64,000 nucleotides of DNA, taken from NCBI GenBank assembly GCA_030390025.1, contig CM059432.1, positions 153,080,001 to 153,144,000 on the forward strand. Reading direction: 5' to 3'. Positions 26,554-37,586 of this stretch are shown one piece after another (position 1 is the stretch's first letter; each line of letters starts with the position of its first letter). Made by a program: the position numbers and the translations under genes. The stretch is from Squalus acanthias. Its lineage: Eukaryota. The notes beneath the pieces are model-generated. The model made no database searches. It was given only the letters and a program-made list of their open reading frames with translations, and was not told the origin of the DNA.

Positions 26554-29296
26554 TTAAGAAATATATCCAACTCCTTCTTGAATATATTTAATGAATTGGC
26601 CTCTACTGCCTTCTGTGGTAGAGAATTCCACCATCCTCCGGGTGAAGAAATTCCTCCTCATTTCTGTCCTAAATGGCTTACCCCTTATCCTTAGACTGTG
26701 ACCCCTGGTTCTGGACTCCCCGACCATCGGGAACATCCTTCCTGCATCTAGTCTGTCCAGTCCTGTCAGAATTTTATAAGTTTCAATGAGATCCCCTCTC
26801 ATTCTTATAAACTCCAGCGAGTATAAGCCCAATCGACCCAATCTCTCCTCATACTTCATTCCAGCCATCCCAGGTATCAGCCTGGTGAATCTTCGCTGAA
26901 CTCCTTCCATGGCAAGAACCTCCTTCCTCAGATAAGGCGACCAAAACTGCACACAATACTCAAGATGTGGTCTCACCAAGGCCCTGTACAACTGCAGCAA
27001 GACATCCTTGTTCCTGTACTCAAACCCTCTCGCTACGAAGGCCAACATGCCATTTGCCTTCTTAACCGTCTGCTGCGCCTGCATGCTTAACTTCAGCGAC
27101 TGGTGCACAAGGACACCCAGGTCTCGTTGCACTTCCCCTTCTCCCAATCTATTGCCATTCAGATAATAATCTGCCTTTCTGTTTTTGACACCAAAGTGGA
27201 TAACCTCGCATTTATCCACGTTATATTGCATCTGCCATGCTTCTGCCCAATCACCCAACCTGTCCAAATCATCCTGGAGTTTCTCGGCATTCTCCTCACA
27301 GCACACACGCCCACCCAGCTTTGTGTCATCCGCAAACTTGGAGATAATACATCTAGTTCCCTTGTCTAGATCATTAATATATATTGTGAATAGCTGGGAT
27401 CCAAAGACCGATCCCTGCAGTACCCCACTAGTCACTGCCTGCCACTCAGAAAAAGACCCGTTTATTCCAACTCTTTGCTTTCTGTCTGCCAACCAGTTCT
27501 CTATCTAAGTCAATACCTTGCCCCCAATCCCATGTGCCTTAACTTTACACGCTAATCTCTTATGCGGGACCTTATCGAAAGTCTTTTGAAAGTCCAAATA
27601 CACCACATCCACTGGTTCTCCCTTATCTATTTTACCAGTTACATCCTCAAAAAATTCCAGTAGATTAGTCAAGCACGATTTACCTTTTGTAAATCCATGT
27701 TGACTTTGTCCGATCCTGTCACTGTTTTCCAAGTGCTCTGCTATTACATCTTTTATAATGGACTCTAGCATTTTCCCCACTACCGATGTCAGGCTTACCG
27801 GTCTGTAATTCCCTGTTTTCTCTCTGCCACCTCTTTTCAATAGTGGGGTAACATTAGCTACCCTCCAATCCATGGGTATTGTTCCAGATTCCATCGAATG
27901 TTGGAAGATGATCAGCAATGCATCTACTATTTCTAGGGCCACTTCCTTAAGTACCCTAGGATGTAGATTATCAGGCCCTGGGGATTTATCGGCCTTCAAT
28001 CCCGTCAATTTCCCGAACACCATTTCCCTACAAATACTGATTTCTTTCAGATCCTCCCTTTCATCAGACCCTATGTTCCCCGACATCTCTGGGAGGTTAT
28101 TTGTGTCCTCCTTTGTGAAGACAGAACCAAAATATGTATTTAATTGGTCTGACATTGCTTTGTTCCCCATTATAAGTTCCCCTGATTCTGACTGCAAGGG
28201 ACCTACGCTTGACTTCACCAATCTTTTTCTCTTCACATATCTATAAAAGCTTTTACAGTCAGTTTTTATGTTCCATGCAAGCTTCCTCTCATATTCTATT
28301 TTCCCCTTCTTAATTAATCCCTTTGTCCTCCTTTGTTGAATCCTAAACTGCTCCCAATCCCCAGGTTTACTGCTTTTTCTGGCCAATTTATATGTCCTCT
28401 CCTTGGATCTTATGCTATCCCTAATTTCCCTTGTTAGCCACGGTTGAGTCACCTTTTTTGTTTTATTCTTATGCAAAACAGGGATGAACAAATTCTGTAG
28501 TTCATCCATGCGGTCTTTGAATGTTTGCCATTGCCTATCCACCGTCAACTCTTTGAGTGACATTTCCCAATCAATCCTACCCAACTCACGCCTCATACCA
28601 TCGTAGTTTCCTTTATTTAAATTCAGGACCCTAGTCTCTGAGTTAACTACTTCACTCTCCATCTTAATGAAGAATTCTATCATATTATGATCGCTCCGAT
28701 CCAAGGGGCCTCGTACAACAAGATTGCTAATTAATCCTTTCTCATTACATAATACCCAGTCTAAGATGGCCTGATCTCTGGTTGGTTCCTCGACATATTG
28801 GTCCAGGAAACCATCCCGTAAACACTCCAGGAATTGCTCCTCCACAGTATTGTTACTAATTTGGTTAGCCCAATCTATATGTAGATTAAAGTCACCCATG
28901 ATGACTGCTGTGCCCTTATTGCACGCTTCTCTAATTTCCCTTTTAATGCCATCCCCAACCTCCGCATTACTGTTTGGAGGTCTATATACCACTCTCACTA
29001 ACGTTTTCTGCCCCTTGGTATTTCTCAGTTCTACCCATACAGATTCCACATCATCAGAGCTAATATCCTTCCTTACAATTGTGTTAATCCCCTCTTTAAC
29101 CAGCAATGCTACCCCACCTCCCTTTCCTTTTTGCCTATCTTTCCTGAATATCGAATACCCCTGGATGTTGAGTTCCCAGCCTTGGCCACCCTGGAGCCAT
29201 GTTTCCGTAATCCCAATCAAATCATATTCGTTTATCTCTATTTGCGCAGCTAATTCATTCACCTTATTCCGAATGCTCCTTGCATTAAGACACAAA
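26554..29296 (-). pseudogene. CR1 ORF2 (APE endonuclease + reverse transcriptase)
   Basis: CLNARS, ITETWL, MGDFN, SDHN, NYRPVSLTS and KFADD. One in-frame stop at 27505 (W->TAG). N-terminus cut off by the MITE. Confidence 0.95.
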
Positions 29297-30191
29297 GGGG
29301 TAAAAATTCAGTTGGTTGCGCCTCCCGTTAGCGCCTTAAGAGGGCGCTAATGGGGCGCAAAGCCGCTAACGCCCGGGCGCAGCGATGTTTGCGCCGCTCG
29401 AGAACTTAACTTGAGATTGTGCGGCGGCGCTAAACTTTACCGCTGCGACCACCTGCGCGCACAGATTGTGACGTCATTCCATGGTGCAACGCCCTTGTGG
29501 CGCCCCGGAGCGGAAATTGAGTGGCGCCCCCTGCCTTACCGCCTGGCGCATCCAACGACCAGAAGACTGGAACGCTATCAATCGCTATGGGGCTGGGGGG
29601 GGGGCGCTATTTAAAGGGGGCCTCTTCCTGTCTTTTATTGTTGGTGGCATTTTTGAACTACGCATTCTGAGAGAGAGAGGGAGAGACTTCTGGAGAGATT
29701 CAACGTTGTGTGAAGGAGTTTTGGGTACTGAGCAGCACTTTGCAGGTTCATTTTGATTTGCCATTCCTTGTATCGATTTAGCAGAGACTGTGGGAGCTGC
29801 ACTCTGAGCTCTTTGCCTGGTACTCTCCATTGTTCTTTCCAGCACATTTGATGTGCAAGTCTCTCCAGGCTGAGATTCAAGGCTGCAATGAACAGGATGT
29901 GGATGGAAAGCAAGATTAACCATCCCCTTTAAGAACTGGCCCGTGCCATTGTGTGTGTGTTCCATTGCTGACTGACATTACATGAGCTTCGCCAGCGCTC
30001 TGAGTTAGCGCCTCACTCCTTGGCCTTTGCGCCTTAAGACAGGTGTGCAGCGCCTGATTTAGCACTCCACTCACCTCCCGGGGCGGTAAAAGTGAAGTTT
30101 CCAGTCAGTGCCGATAATTAGCGCCAGGCGCTAATATTTGCGTCCAGACGATATTTGCGCCCCAAATGGGGCGCGACCTAATTTCTACCCC
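29297..30191. mobile_element. 895-bp internal-deletion derivative of the H3 family, inverted relative to H3
   Basis: TSD AAA/AAA. TIRs GGGGTAAAAATT / AATTTCTACCCC. Both ends are near-identical reverse complements of the H3 ends. Confidence 0.95.
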
Positions 30192-30419
30192 AAAGCCTTC
30201 AGGCTTGTTTTTTTTATGCTCTTAGACCTATTAGAATTATTATTTACTGTGGCCATGTTTGATTTAAACCGTTGATTTCTCTGACTGCCACCTTTGTTTT
30301 TCTCCTTCCTATCTTTTGCTTTTATCCTTGTTTCCCTTTCCTCTGTCTCCCTGCTCAGGTTCCCAACCCCCTGCCATTTTAGTTTAAACCCTCCCCCAGA
30401 GCACTAGCAAACACTCCCC

Positions 30420-31327
30420 CTAGGACATCGGTCCCGGTCCTGCCCAGGTGTAAACGTCCGGTTTGTACTGGTCCCACCTCCCCCAGAACCGGTTCCAATG
30501 TCCCTGGAATTTGAATCCCTCCCCCTTACACCATTCCTCTAGCCACGTATTTATCTGAAATATCCTTCTATTTCTACTCTGACTAGCATGTGGCACTGGT
30601 AGAAATCCTGAGATTACTACCTTTGAGGTCCTATTTTTTAATTTACCTCCTAACTCCCTATATTCGGCTTTTAGGACCTCATCCCCTTTTTTACCTATAT
30701 CGTTGCTACCTATATGCACCACGACAACTGGCTGTTCACCCTCCCCTTCCAAAATGTTCTGCAGCCGCTCTGAGACATCCTTGACCCTTGCACCAGGGAG
30801 GCAACACACCATACTGGAGTCTCGTTTGCGGCCGCAGAAACGCCTATCTATTCCCCTTACAATAGAATCCCCTATCACTATAGCTCTACCCCTCTTTTTC
30901 CTCCCGTCCTGTGCAGCAGAGCCACCCCTGGTGCCAGGAAGTTGGCTGCTGCTGCCTTCCTCTGATAATTCATCCCCCCCAACAGTATTCAAAGTGGTAT
31001 ATCTGTTTGAGAGGGGGATGTCCACAGGGGACTCCTGCACTACCTGCCTGCGCCTACTACTCTGTCTGTTGGTCACCCATTCCCTTTCTGCCTGTGCATC
31101 CTTTGCCTGTGGTGTGACCAACTGCTCAAACGTGATATCCACGACGTCCTCAGCATCGCGAATGGTCCAGTATGTATCCAATCGCAGCTCCAGCGCCGCA
31201 ATGCGGTCTGCCAGTAGCTGCAGCTGGGACACTTCCTGCACACATGGTTGTCAGGGGCACAGGAAGTGTCTCTGAGTTCCCACATAGCGCAGGAGGAGCA
31301 TACCACGGGGCCGAGCTCTCCTGCCAT
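30420..31327 (-). pseudogene. CR1 ORF1: Cys zinc finger, leucine zipper, SGNH/GDSL esterase domain (frameshifted)
   Basis: CSSC..CRKC (ORF 31073-31327), then LQLLADRIAALELRL, IVIGDSIVRG and VHIGSND (ORF 30420-31241). Confidence 0.9.
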
Positions 31328-31584
31328 GACTTACCCTTTAATTAATTGAAATTAAATTAAATCAAATCAATCCCACCAATTACACTACAGTTACATGATA
31401 TACTTAAGGGCCCTGGTTTACCAACAGTCCCCGCTACACCACAGAGAGCTTAGAAACTATAAACCACAGAGTTTAAGTTTAAAAAGAGAGAAATACTCAC
31501 CAACCAATCACTTACCTGCTTTCTGGTGACGTCACACTTCGATTACTTTTTACTTCTCTCCCTCCCTCTGAGCTCGGAGATTGG

Positions 31585-31969
31585 TGAGGCCTACCTGGTC
31601 TCTGCCGCCTCTTTTAAACCTCATCGCCGCCACCTCGTTTCCCGCAGGTCCGCCGCCGCTCTGAGGCCTACCTGGTCTCTGCCGCCTCTTTTAAACCTCG
31701 CCGCCACCGCCTGGTTCCCCGCAGGTCCGCCGCCGCTCTGAGGCCTACCTGGTCTCTGCCGCCTCTTTGAAACCTCGCCGCCGCCACCTGGTTTCCCGCA
31801 GGTCCACCGCCGCTCTGAGGCCTACCTGGTCTCTGCCGCCTCTTTTAAACCTCGCCGCCACCGCCTGGTTCCCCGCAGGTCCGCCGCCGCTCTGAGGCCT
31901 ACCTGGTCTCTGCCGCCTCTTTGAAACCTCGCCGCCGCCACCTGGTTTCCCGCAGGTCCGCCGCCGCTC
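31585..31969. repeat. Five 77-bp GC-rich tandem monomers at the CR1 5' end
   Basis: TGAGGCCTACC starts at 31585, 31662, 31739, 31816 and 31893. Confidence 0.97.
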
Positions 31970-32337
31970 AAAAACAATGGGGTAGAAATTAGGTCGCGCC
32001 CCATTTGGGGCGCAAATATCGTCCGCGCGCAAATATTAGCGCCTGGCGCTAATTATCGGCACTGACAGGAAACTTCACTTTTACCGCCCCGGGAGGTGAG
32101 TGGAGCGCTAAATTAGGCGCTGCACACCTCTCTTAAGGCGCAAAGGCCTAGGAGTGAGGCGCTACCTCAGCGCACGAGCGCAGCGCAGCTGCTGCCAGTT
32201 AGCGAGGGAACACAGACACACTGGCGCCGGACACTTCTTAAAGCGGGGGGGGGGCCACTTGCTCCCCAGCCACACCCTGCTCATTGCAGCCTTGAATCTC
32301 AGCCTGGAGAGACCTGTAATCCATTTTGCTGCCAAGC

Positions 32338-34248
32338 ATGGAGAGGGTGAGAGAACGCGCTCATCGCTTCACCGAGCGGGCCTTGGATGCTCTGGTTGAC
32401 GCAGTGGAGCGCAGACGATGCATGCTGTTCCCGGAGAGTGGCAGGAGGCCTTTGCCACGCGAGTTCAGAAGAGTGTGGAGGGAGGTGGCTCAGAGCGTCT
32501 CCTCCAGGAGCATGGTGCCCAGGACCCATGTTCAGTGCCGCAAAAAGTTCAACGACCTCACTCGGGTCGTCAGGGTGAGTGGCTTTTTCTCAATACCTCT
32601 CCATCCCTCCATCTCAACCTCACTCTATGGCCAGAGGGTCTTAAAACCCCAATGCACAACACTCATGCAACACCTATGGCCCTTTCATCAAACACACACA
32701 CACATTCCACACTTTGCATACAGTAAGGGCTATTCACCTATGGGAGGCACATCAGGCAAGACCATGGCTACATATTGTAAGGGCTATTCACCTATGGGAG
32801 GCACATCAGGCAAGACCATGGCTGCATATTGACTCAGATGCTGTCCTTTTTCTTGCAGGCTAAGCTGGCTCATAATCGGAGACAGCAGCAACGGACGGGT
32901 GGAGGGCGGCTTCAGCTGCAACCCCTCAGCGATCTGGAGGAGCGCGTCCACAGGATTGTGGCAAGCCGGGTGATCGGTCCCGTCGCCACTGGGGACGCCG
33001 ACCCCGTTGTGGACAGCAATGGTAAGGTCATCACCTTTTTGTCCTCTGTCCTTCCACTTGTCCCTCACAATACCAGCCTTTGACACTTTCAATCCAACTT
33101 GCTAACTCGCTGCACTTATTCCTCCCTTACTGCCACCCTGTCCTCACGCTAAAGCCACTCTTGTACCTCCCTGCTTTCAGATGGTGATTCAGCAGCTGAG
33201 GAGATGGTCCCTGAAGCTGCCACTGGGAGTGATGCTGCAGCTGAGGAGGAAGAGGAAGCCGGAGCATCAGTGCCACCCTCTCCCGAGGAAGCCCATGGCC
33301 ACACTGGGAACACGCCTTCCCCGGAGGGGAGCAGGGGGGAAGGGGCTGATGATGGTGAAGTTCCAGGACCCAGCGGGCTGCAGCAACGCCATTGGGGGGG
33401 GGGGGAAGAACGGGGGAGCAGGGGGGAAGGGGCTGATGATGGTGAAGCTCCAGGACCCAGCGGGCTGCAGCAACGCCATGGGGGGGGGGAGGGAAGAACG
33501 GGAGCCTTCTCCCCAGAGGGAGAGTATGCCAGACACTCCTAATGCAATGGACGCAGAGGAGGAGCGGCTGATTGCAGAAATGAACAGCCAGGCGGTGGGC
33601 ATGCACACTGAGCTCATGGGTGCAGTGGGAAGGGTGCCCGAATGCATTGAGGCACTGGCAAGGAGTGTGGAGCACTTCGCTGTAGCACAGGCGGATGCCA
33701 CACTAAAGCTTAGTGCTGCAATTCAGTCACTGGCTGCCAGGAACCCATCTGAGACTGCTCTCATGCAGACTCAGATTGAGGCCACGCGAGCACTGACTGC
33801 TGCCATCCTCGATGGTTCGTGCACATGTCCCCGGGGCTGTCACCGCGCCGCAGCAGGCCAGCAATCTGTTCTCCGGCAAATTGCTCCGGATGCTGAAGTG
33901 CTGCCCCGTGGGAGTGCCAGTGTGTTGGGCGAGCAGGGAGTTGCTGTCCTCTCTCACGATGACAGCATTCCTGCTGCCAACACTGTCACTTCTCCACTGC
34001 ACTTGCCACCGCCTGTAGGACAGACTGCTGTCGCCCATGCAGAGTTGGTGCAGTCTGCAGCCGGGCCCTCCAGGCCCAGAAGTGGTCGAGGCCGTCCTTC
34101 AGGGGCATCTGCAGTGTCAGGGTCTGACAAGCAGCAGCCTTCCAGCAGCCTTGCTGCAGCCACTGAGGTCCCATTACGGAGGAGCAGTAGGGTTAGAAGG
34201 GGGGAAGTGCGCAAGGGAAGGAGATCACCCTCGAAGGGCAAAAAGTAG
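32338..34248 (+). CDS. Myb/SANT-like DNA-binding protein of H3 (exons 32338-32574, 32859-33021, 33181-34248; one +1 G in the run at 33480-33489)
   Basis: RFTERALDALV..VWREVA..QCRKKFNDL. GT-AG junctions are phase 0 and phase 1. The frame is restored by removing one G. Confidence 0.8.
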
Positions 34249-34542
34249 GAGGTGTGCCAAAATGCTGGTCATTTTTTTATTAAAGGCCGAGGTTCATGGC
34301 CCAACTTTTGTTTAGTGTTTTGGACATTATCTCCAGGTTGTGAGAACCAGTTATGTTATTGACTGTTTTTTTGTGTTTATTTCTATGAGTTTGTCATGAG
34401 GAATTGACACACACAGAGTTTGTACAATAAATAAGTTTCTGTATTCAAAATATACATGGCTGGTGGTTGGAATTATTGGTGCCTTGGCCGGCTTAGGGGT
34501 TGCATGCTGGGTTGATTCGTGTTTGTAGCAATGGCAGGGGCC

Positions 34543-35703
34543 CTAGAAGCGGCTTGCTATTAGTCGTTGACGGACGGCCCTTGCAGTTTGACCATTGTGG
34601 GCCGCCCTCCTGCCTTGGTGCTGCTGCTGATCATCGTCCTCGGCCTGTTCCTCCTCTTCCTCCTCCTCCTCTTGTGGTGCTGCAAGGCCTGGTGGCATTG
34701 GCTGCGTCCTGAGGATTGCCATGTTGTGCAACATGCAGCACACCACTACGAATTTGGAAACTTGCTCAGGCGAGTACTGCAGGGCTCCTCCGGAATGGTC
34801 CAGACAGCGGAATCGTTGTTTGAGCACGCCGATTGTGCGCTCAATAATGTTCCTGGTTGCTTGTTGGCTTTCCTGGTACCGCAGCTCAGCAGGGGTGTTT
34901 GGCGCACGGAGCGGTGTCATCAGCCAGGTGCTCAATGCGTACCCCTTGTCCTCCAGAAGCCAACCAACTGGCTGATGCGGTGCCTCGAAAATTTCTGTCA
35001 CAGTACTCTGGCGCAGGATGAAAGCATCGTGGCAGCTGCCCGGATAGTGGGCATTGACAGCGAGAATCACCTGTCTGTGGTCACAGACCAACTGCACATT
35101 CAAGGAATGGAACCCCTTTCTGTTCCGGAACTCCTCTGCATTCTCTCGCGGAGCACGCAAAGCCACATGCGTGCAGTCAATGGCGCCCTGCACCATGGGG
35201 AAGCCCGCTACCCTCGCAAAGCCCATAGCACGGTCATGCTGCTTGTCTGGGGTCATAGGGAAGGAGATGAAGTCTCGTCTCCTTGTGAAGAGGGCATTGG
35301 TGACCTGCCGGATGCAGCGATGCACCGCAAACTGGGAGATATTGGCGAGGTCCCCAACAGCAGCTTGGAATGAGCCAGTGGCGTAGAAGTTCAAAGCCAC
35401 TGTGACCTTCACTGCCACCGACAGAGACGTCCTGGACCTCAGCTGAGGCTGCAGATCTGGCTGCAGCAGGTGGCAGAGCTCAGTGACCACCTCCTTGCTG
35501 AATCGCAGCCTTCGCAAACACAGCTCCTCGGACATGTGGATGTAGGAGAGCTGTTCACGATATACCCTGGGAGGGTAAGCTCTCCTGTACATGCGCCTGA
35601 TGGCCCTCCTCCGTCTGGCCATCATTGCCACTCTCTGTCTGCGTCTCACTATCCTCCGATTGAGCTGGAGCAGGACGACGCCCCCAATCATTGCAGCCCC
35701 CAT
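34543..35703 (-). CDS. Harbinger (HARBI1-like) DDE transposase, 386 aa, uninterrupted
   Basis: [54 protein letters not shown] and CCMLHN. Confidence 0.95.
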   Translation of the reverse strand: MGAAMIGGVVLLQLNRRIVRRRQRVAMMARRRRAIRRMYRRAYPPRVYREQLSYIHMSEELCLRRLRFSKEVVTELCHLLQPDLQPQLRSRTSLSVAVKVTVALNFYATGSFQAAVGDLANISQFAVHRCIRQVTNALFTRRRDFISFPMTPDKQHDRAMGFARVAGFPMVQGAIDCTHVALRAPRENAEEFRNRKGFHSLNVQLVCDHRQVILAVNAHYPGSCHDAFILRQSTVTEIFEAPHQPVGWLLEDKGYALSTWLMTPLRAPNTPAELRYQESQQATRNIIERTIGVLKQRFRCLDHSGGALQYSPEQVSKFVVVCCMLHNMAILRTQPMPPGLAAPQEEEEEEEEQAEDDDQQQHQGRRAAHNGQTARAVRQRLIASRF

Positions 35704-37586
35704 ATTCTCTTTGCCAGAAAAGTAATGAGGTACAGCAACGAAAGTAGCAGCAAAGTTAGGATGAACTAGGCAAAACTACCTCACAAAGCGTTGAGTCAAT
35801 GTAGAAGTCTCTCTCTCTCTCTCTCCGAATCTCTCTCTCTCTCTCAGAACGAGTGGTGCATAAATGTCGACCACAGAAAAAGACAGGAAGAGGCCCCCTT
35901 TAAATAGCGCCCCCCCCAGCCCCACACCGATTGATAACGTTCCAGTCTTCCGGTCGTTGGAAGCGCCAGGCGGTAAGGCAGGGGGCGCCACTCAATTTCC
36001 GCTCCGGGGCGCCCCAAGGGCGTTGCACCACGGAATGACGTCACAATCTGCGCGCGCAGGTGGTCGCAGCGGTAAGTTTTAGCGCCGCCGCACAATCTCA
36101 AGTTAAGTTCTCGAGCGGCGCAAACAGCGCTGCGCCCGGGCGTTAGCGCCTTAACGCCCCATTAGCGCCCTTTTAAGGCGCTAACGGGAGGCGCAACCAA
36201 CTGAATTTTTACCCCAATGTCTCCACTTTCAGCTTTTAAGGGGCCAACATTGCTTCTGACCACCCTCTTTTTCCTAATATAATTGTAAAAATTCTTTTTG
36301 CTGATTTTGATATCCATTGCAAGTTTCTTTCCCTACTCTCTTTTTGTAGCTCTTACTATCTGTTTCGTGACCCTTTGCTGTTCTTTGTATCTTTCCCATT
36401 CGCCAGGATCTGGGCTATTTTTTGCATTTTTGTATGCTTTTTCTTTTAGTTTCATTCTTGTTAACAATCTTGTTTTTTTCTGACTGACTTGCTCTGACCA
36501 GCTGCGTCTCATTCGCTGTCTCTTGTCGATTGTACTGTTCTATTTCCCAGTTGGAACACAAGCAGCAAGGCCTGGTTCACAGTGGCAATATTGGAATTTA
36601 TTGTTTACTTACATTGAATCAAGGGAAAGTCAAACACAGAGCGACACTGAATGACCCTGTGGCAGGGAACATCATGCCGGTTGAACAGCTCGGATCACAG
36701 TGGGACATTCTTCACTTGGAACTGCTCCTGCACCTGTGTAAAACCAGACCGGCTCCTGTAAACCTAGAACAATCAGTCTCATTTTGGAAGATGTATAAAT
36801 GCTGAGTGAATGTACCTGCCACTGGGTATGTACTTTGTGAATTTTCGAGTTGGATCTCAGTACACTCTGGTCTCCAGCTCACTTGACAATTTGTTTTTGG
36901 TGTGACCTGTGCTGTCAGCAGACACAAGGTTGTTTGCAATGAGCACGCCAAATATATGTTTTTAATGTAATCACGTCAATGTAAATCCCTAAAACTCTTT
37001 AATAACACCATGCAAATAACTGCCGTTTCATTAACCAAAACACTCTTTAAACATGAGGTGCACTTCAGAGTTTAGGATTTAGGGCCTAGAAATTTGGGGT
37101 TTTTGCGCTGGCCGTTAAGGCCCGTTTTGGTGAAAAAATGGCGGCCGCCTCACTTCTGCCCGCTCCCGGTCAGTCCTGCGGTGGCCGCCATTTTCGGTAG
37201 GTCAGCAGCTTTGCTGATGACCGCGCTCGCTGCAGATATTCAGATTAGGCAGATCGTGACATCAGTGAGTGTGCAACGCTCACTTGATGCCCGGTCTGCC
37301 ATTTTCACGGTTGCCGCTCCACTTACCGGCCTGTGCTAATCACGGCCAGCTGAGCAAGCGTTGACAAGCAGGAAGGAGCCTCCACCTGCGTTATTTAAAG
37401 GGATCATCATCAACAACTTGCAGCTGGCATGGATTCTCAGTTTGACCAGCCCTGTGTAACTTTCTGCAACACTTGCAGCTTTCTAAACTTGTTTCAAGTT
37501 CCTGACATGACAGGGAGTGTTGCTGCTAATGGAAAACACCTTCATTCTCATTTAAAGGCTTGTGCTCACGACACTTGTTCACAGTC

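Larger units (their letters stand above)
26416..31968 (-). mobile_element. Near full-length CR1 LINE (5'UTR monomers, ORF1, ORF2, 3' tail)
   Basis: ORF1 followed by APE+RT ORF2, with the 3' tail at 26416. Few lesions. Interrupted by the MITE at 29297-30191. Confidence 0.95.
31979..36215. mobile_element. PIF/Harbinger transposon H3, near-intact
   Basis: TSD AAT/AAT. TIRs GGGGTAGAAATT / AATTTTTACCCC. CpG-rich ends are retained. Confidence 0.97.
20620..36460 (-). mobile_element. Outer 5'-truncated CR1 in four pieces (20620-21973, 26024-26415, 31969-31978, 36216-36460)
   Basis: Pieces rejoin in frame across the inserts, e.g. GDIVFDNKEMVDMLNNYF across 36225/31969/26415. Confidence 0.88.

Noticed and set aside
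34543..35703. Host HARBI1 gene
   Set aside because: It is flanked by TIRs and a TSD, paired with a Myb gene and multi-copy in the window, so it is a transposon ORF rather than the domesticated gene.
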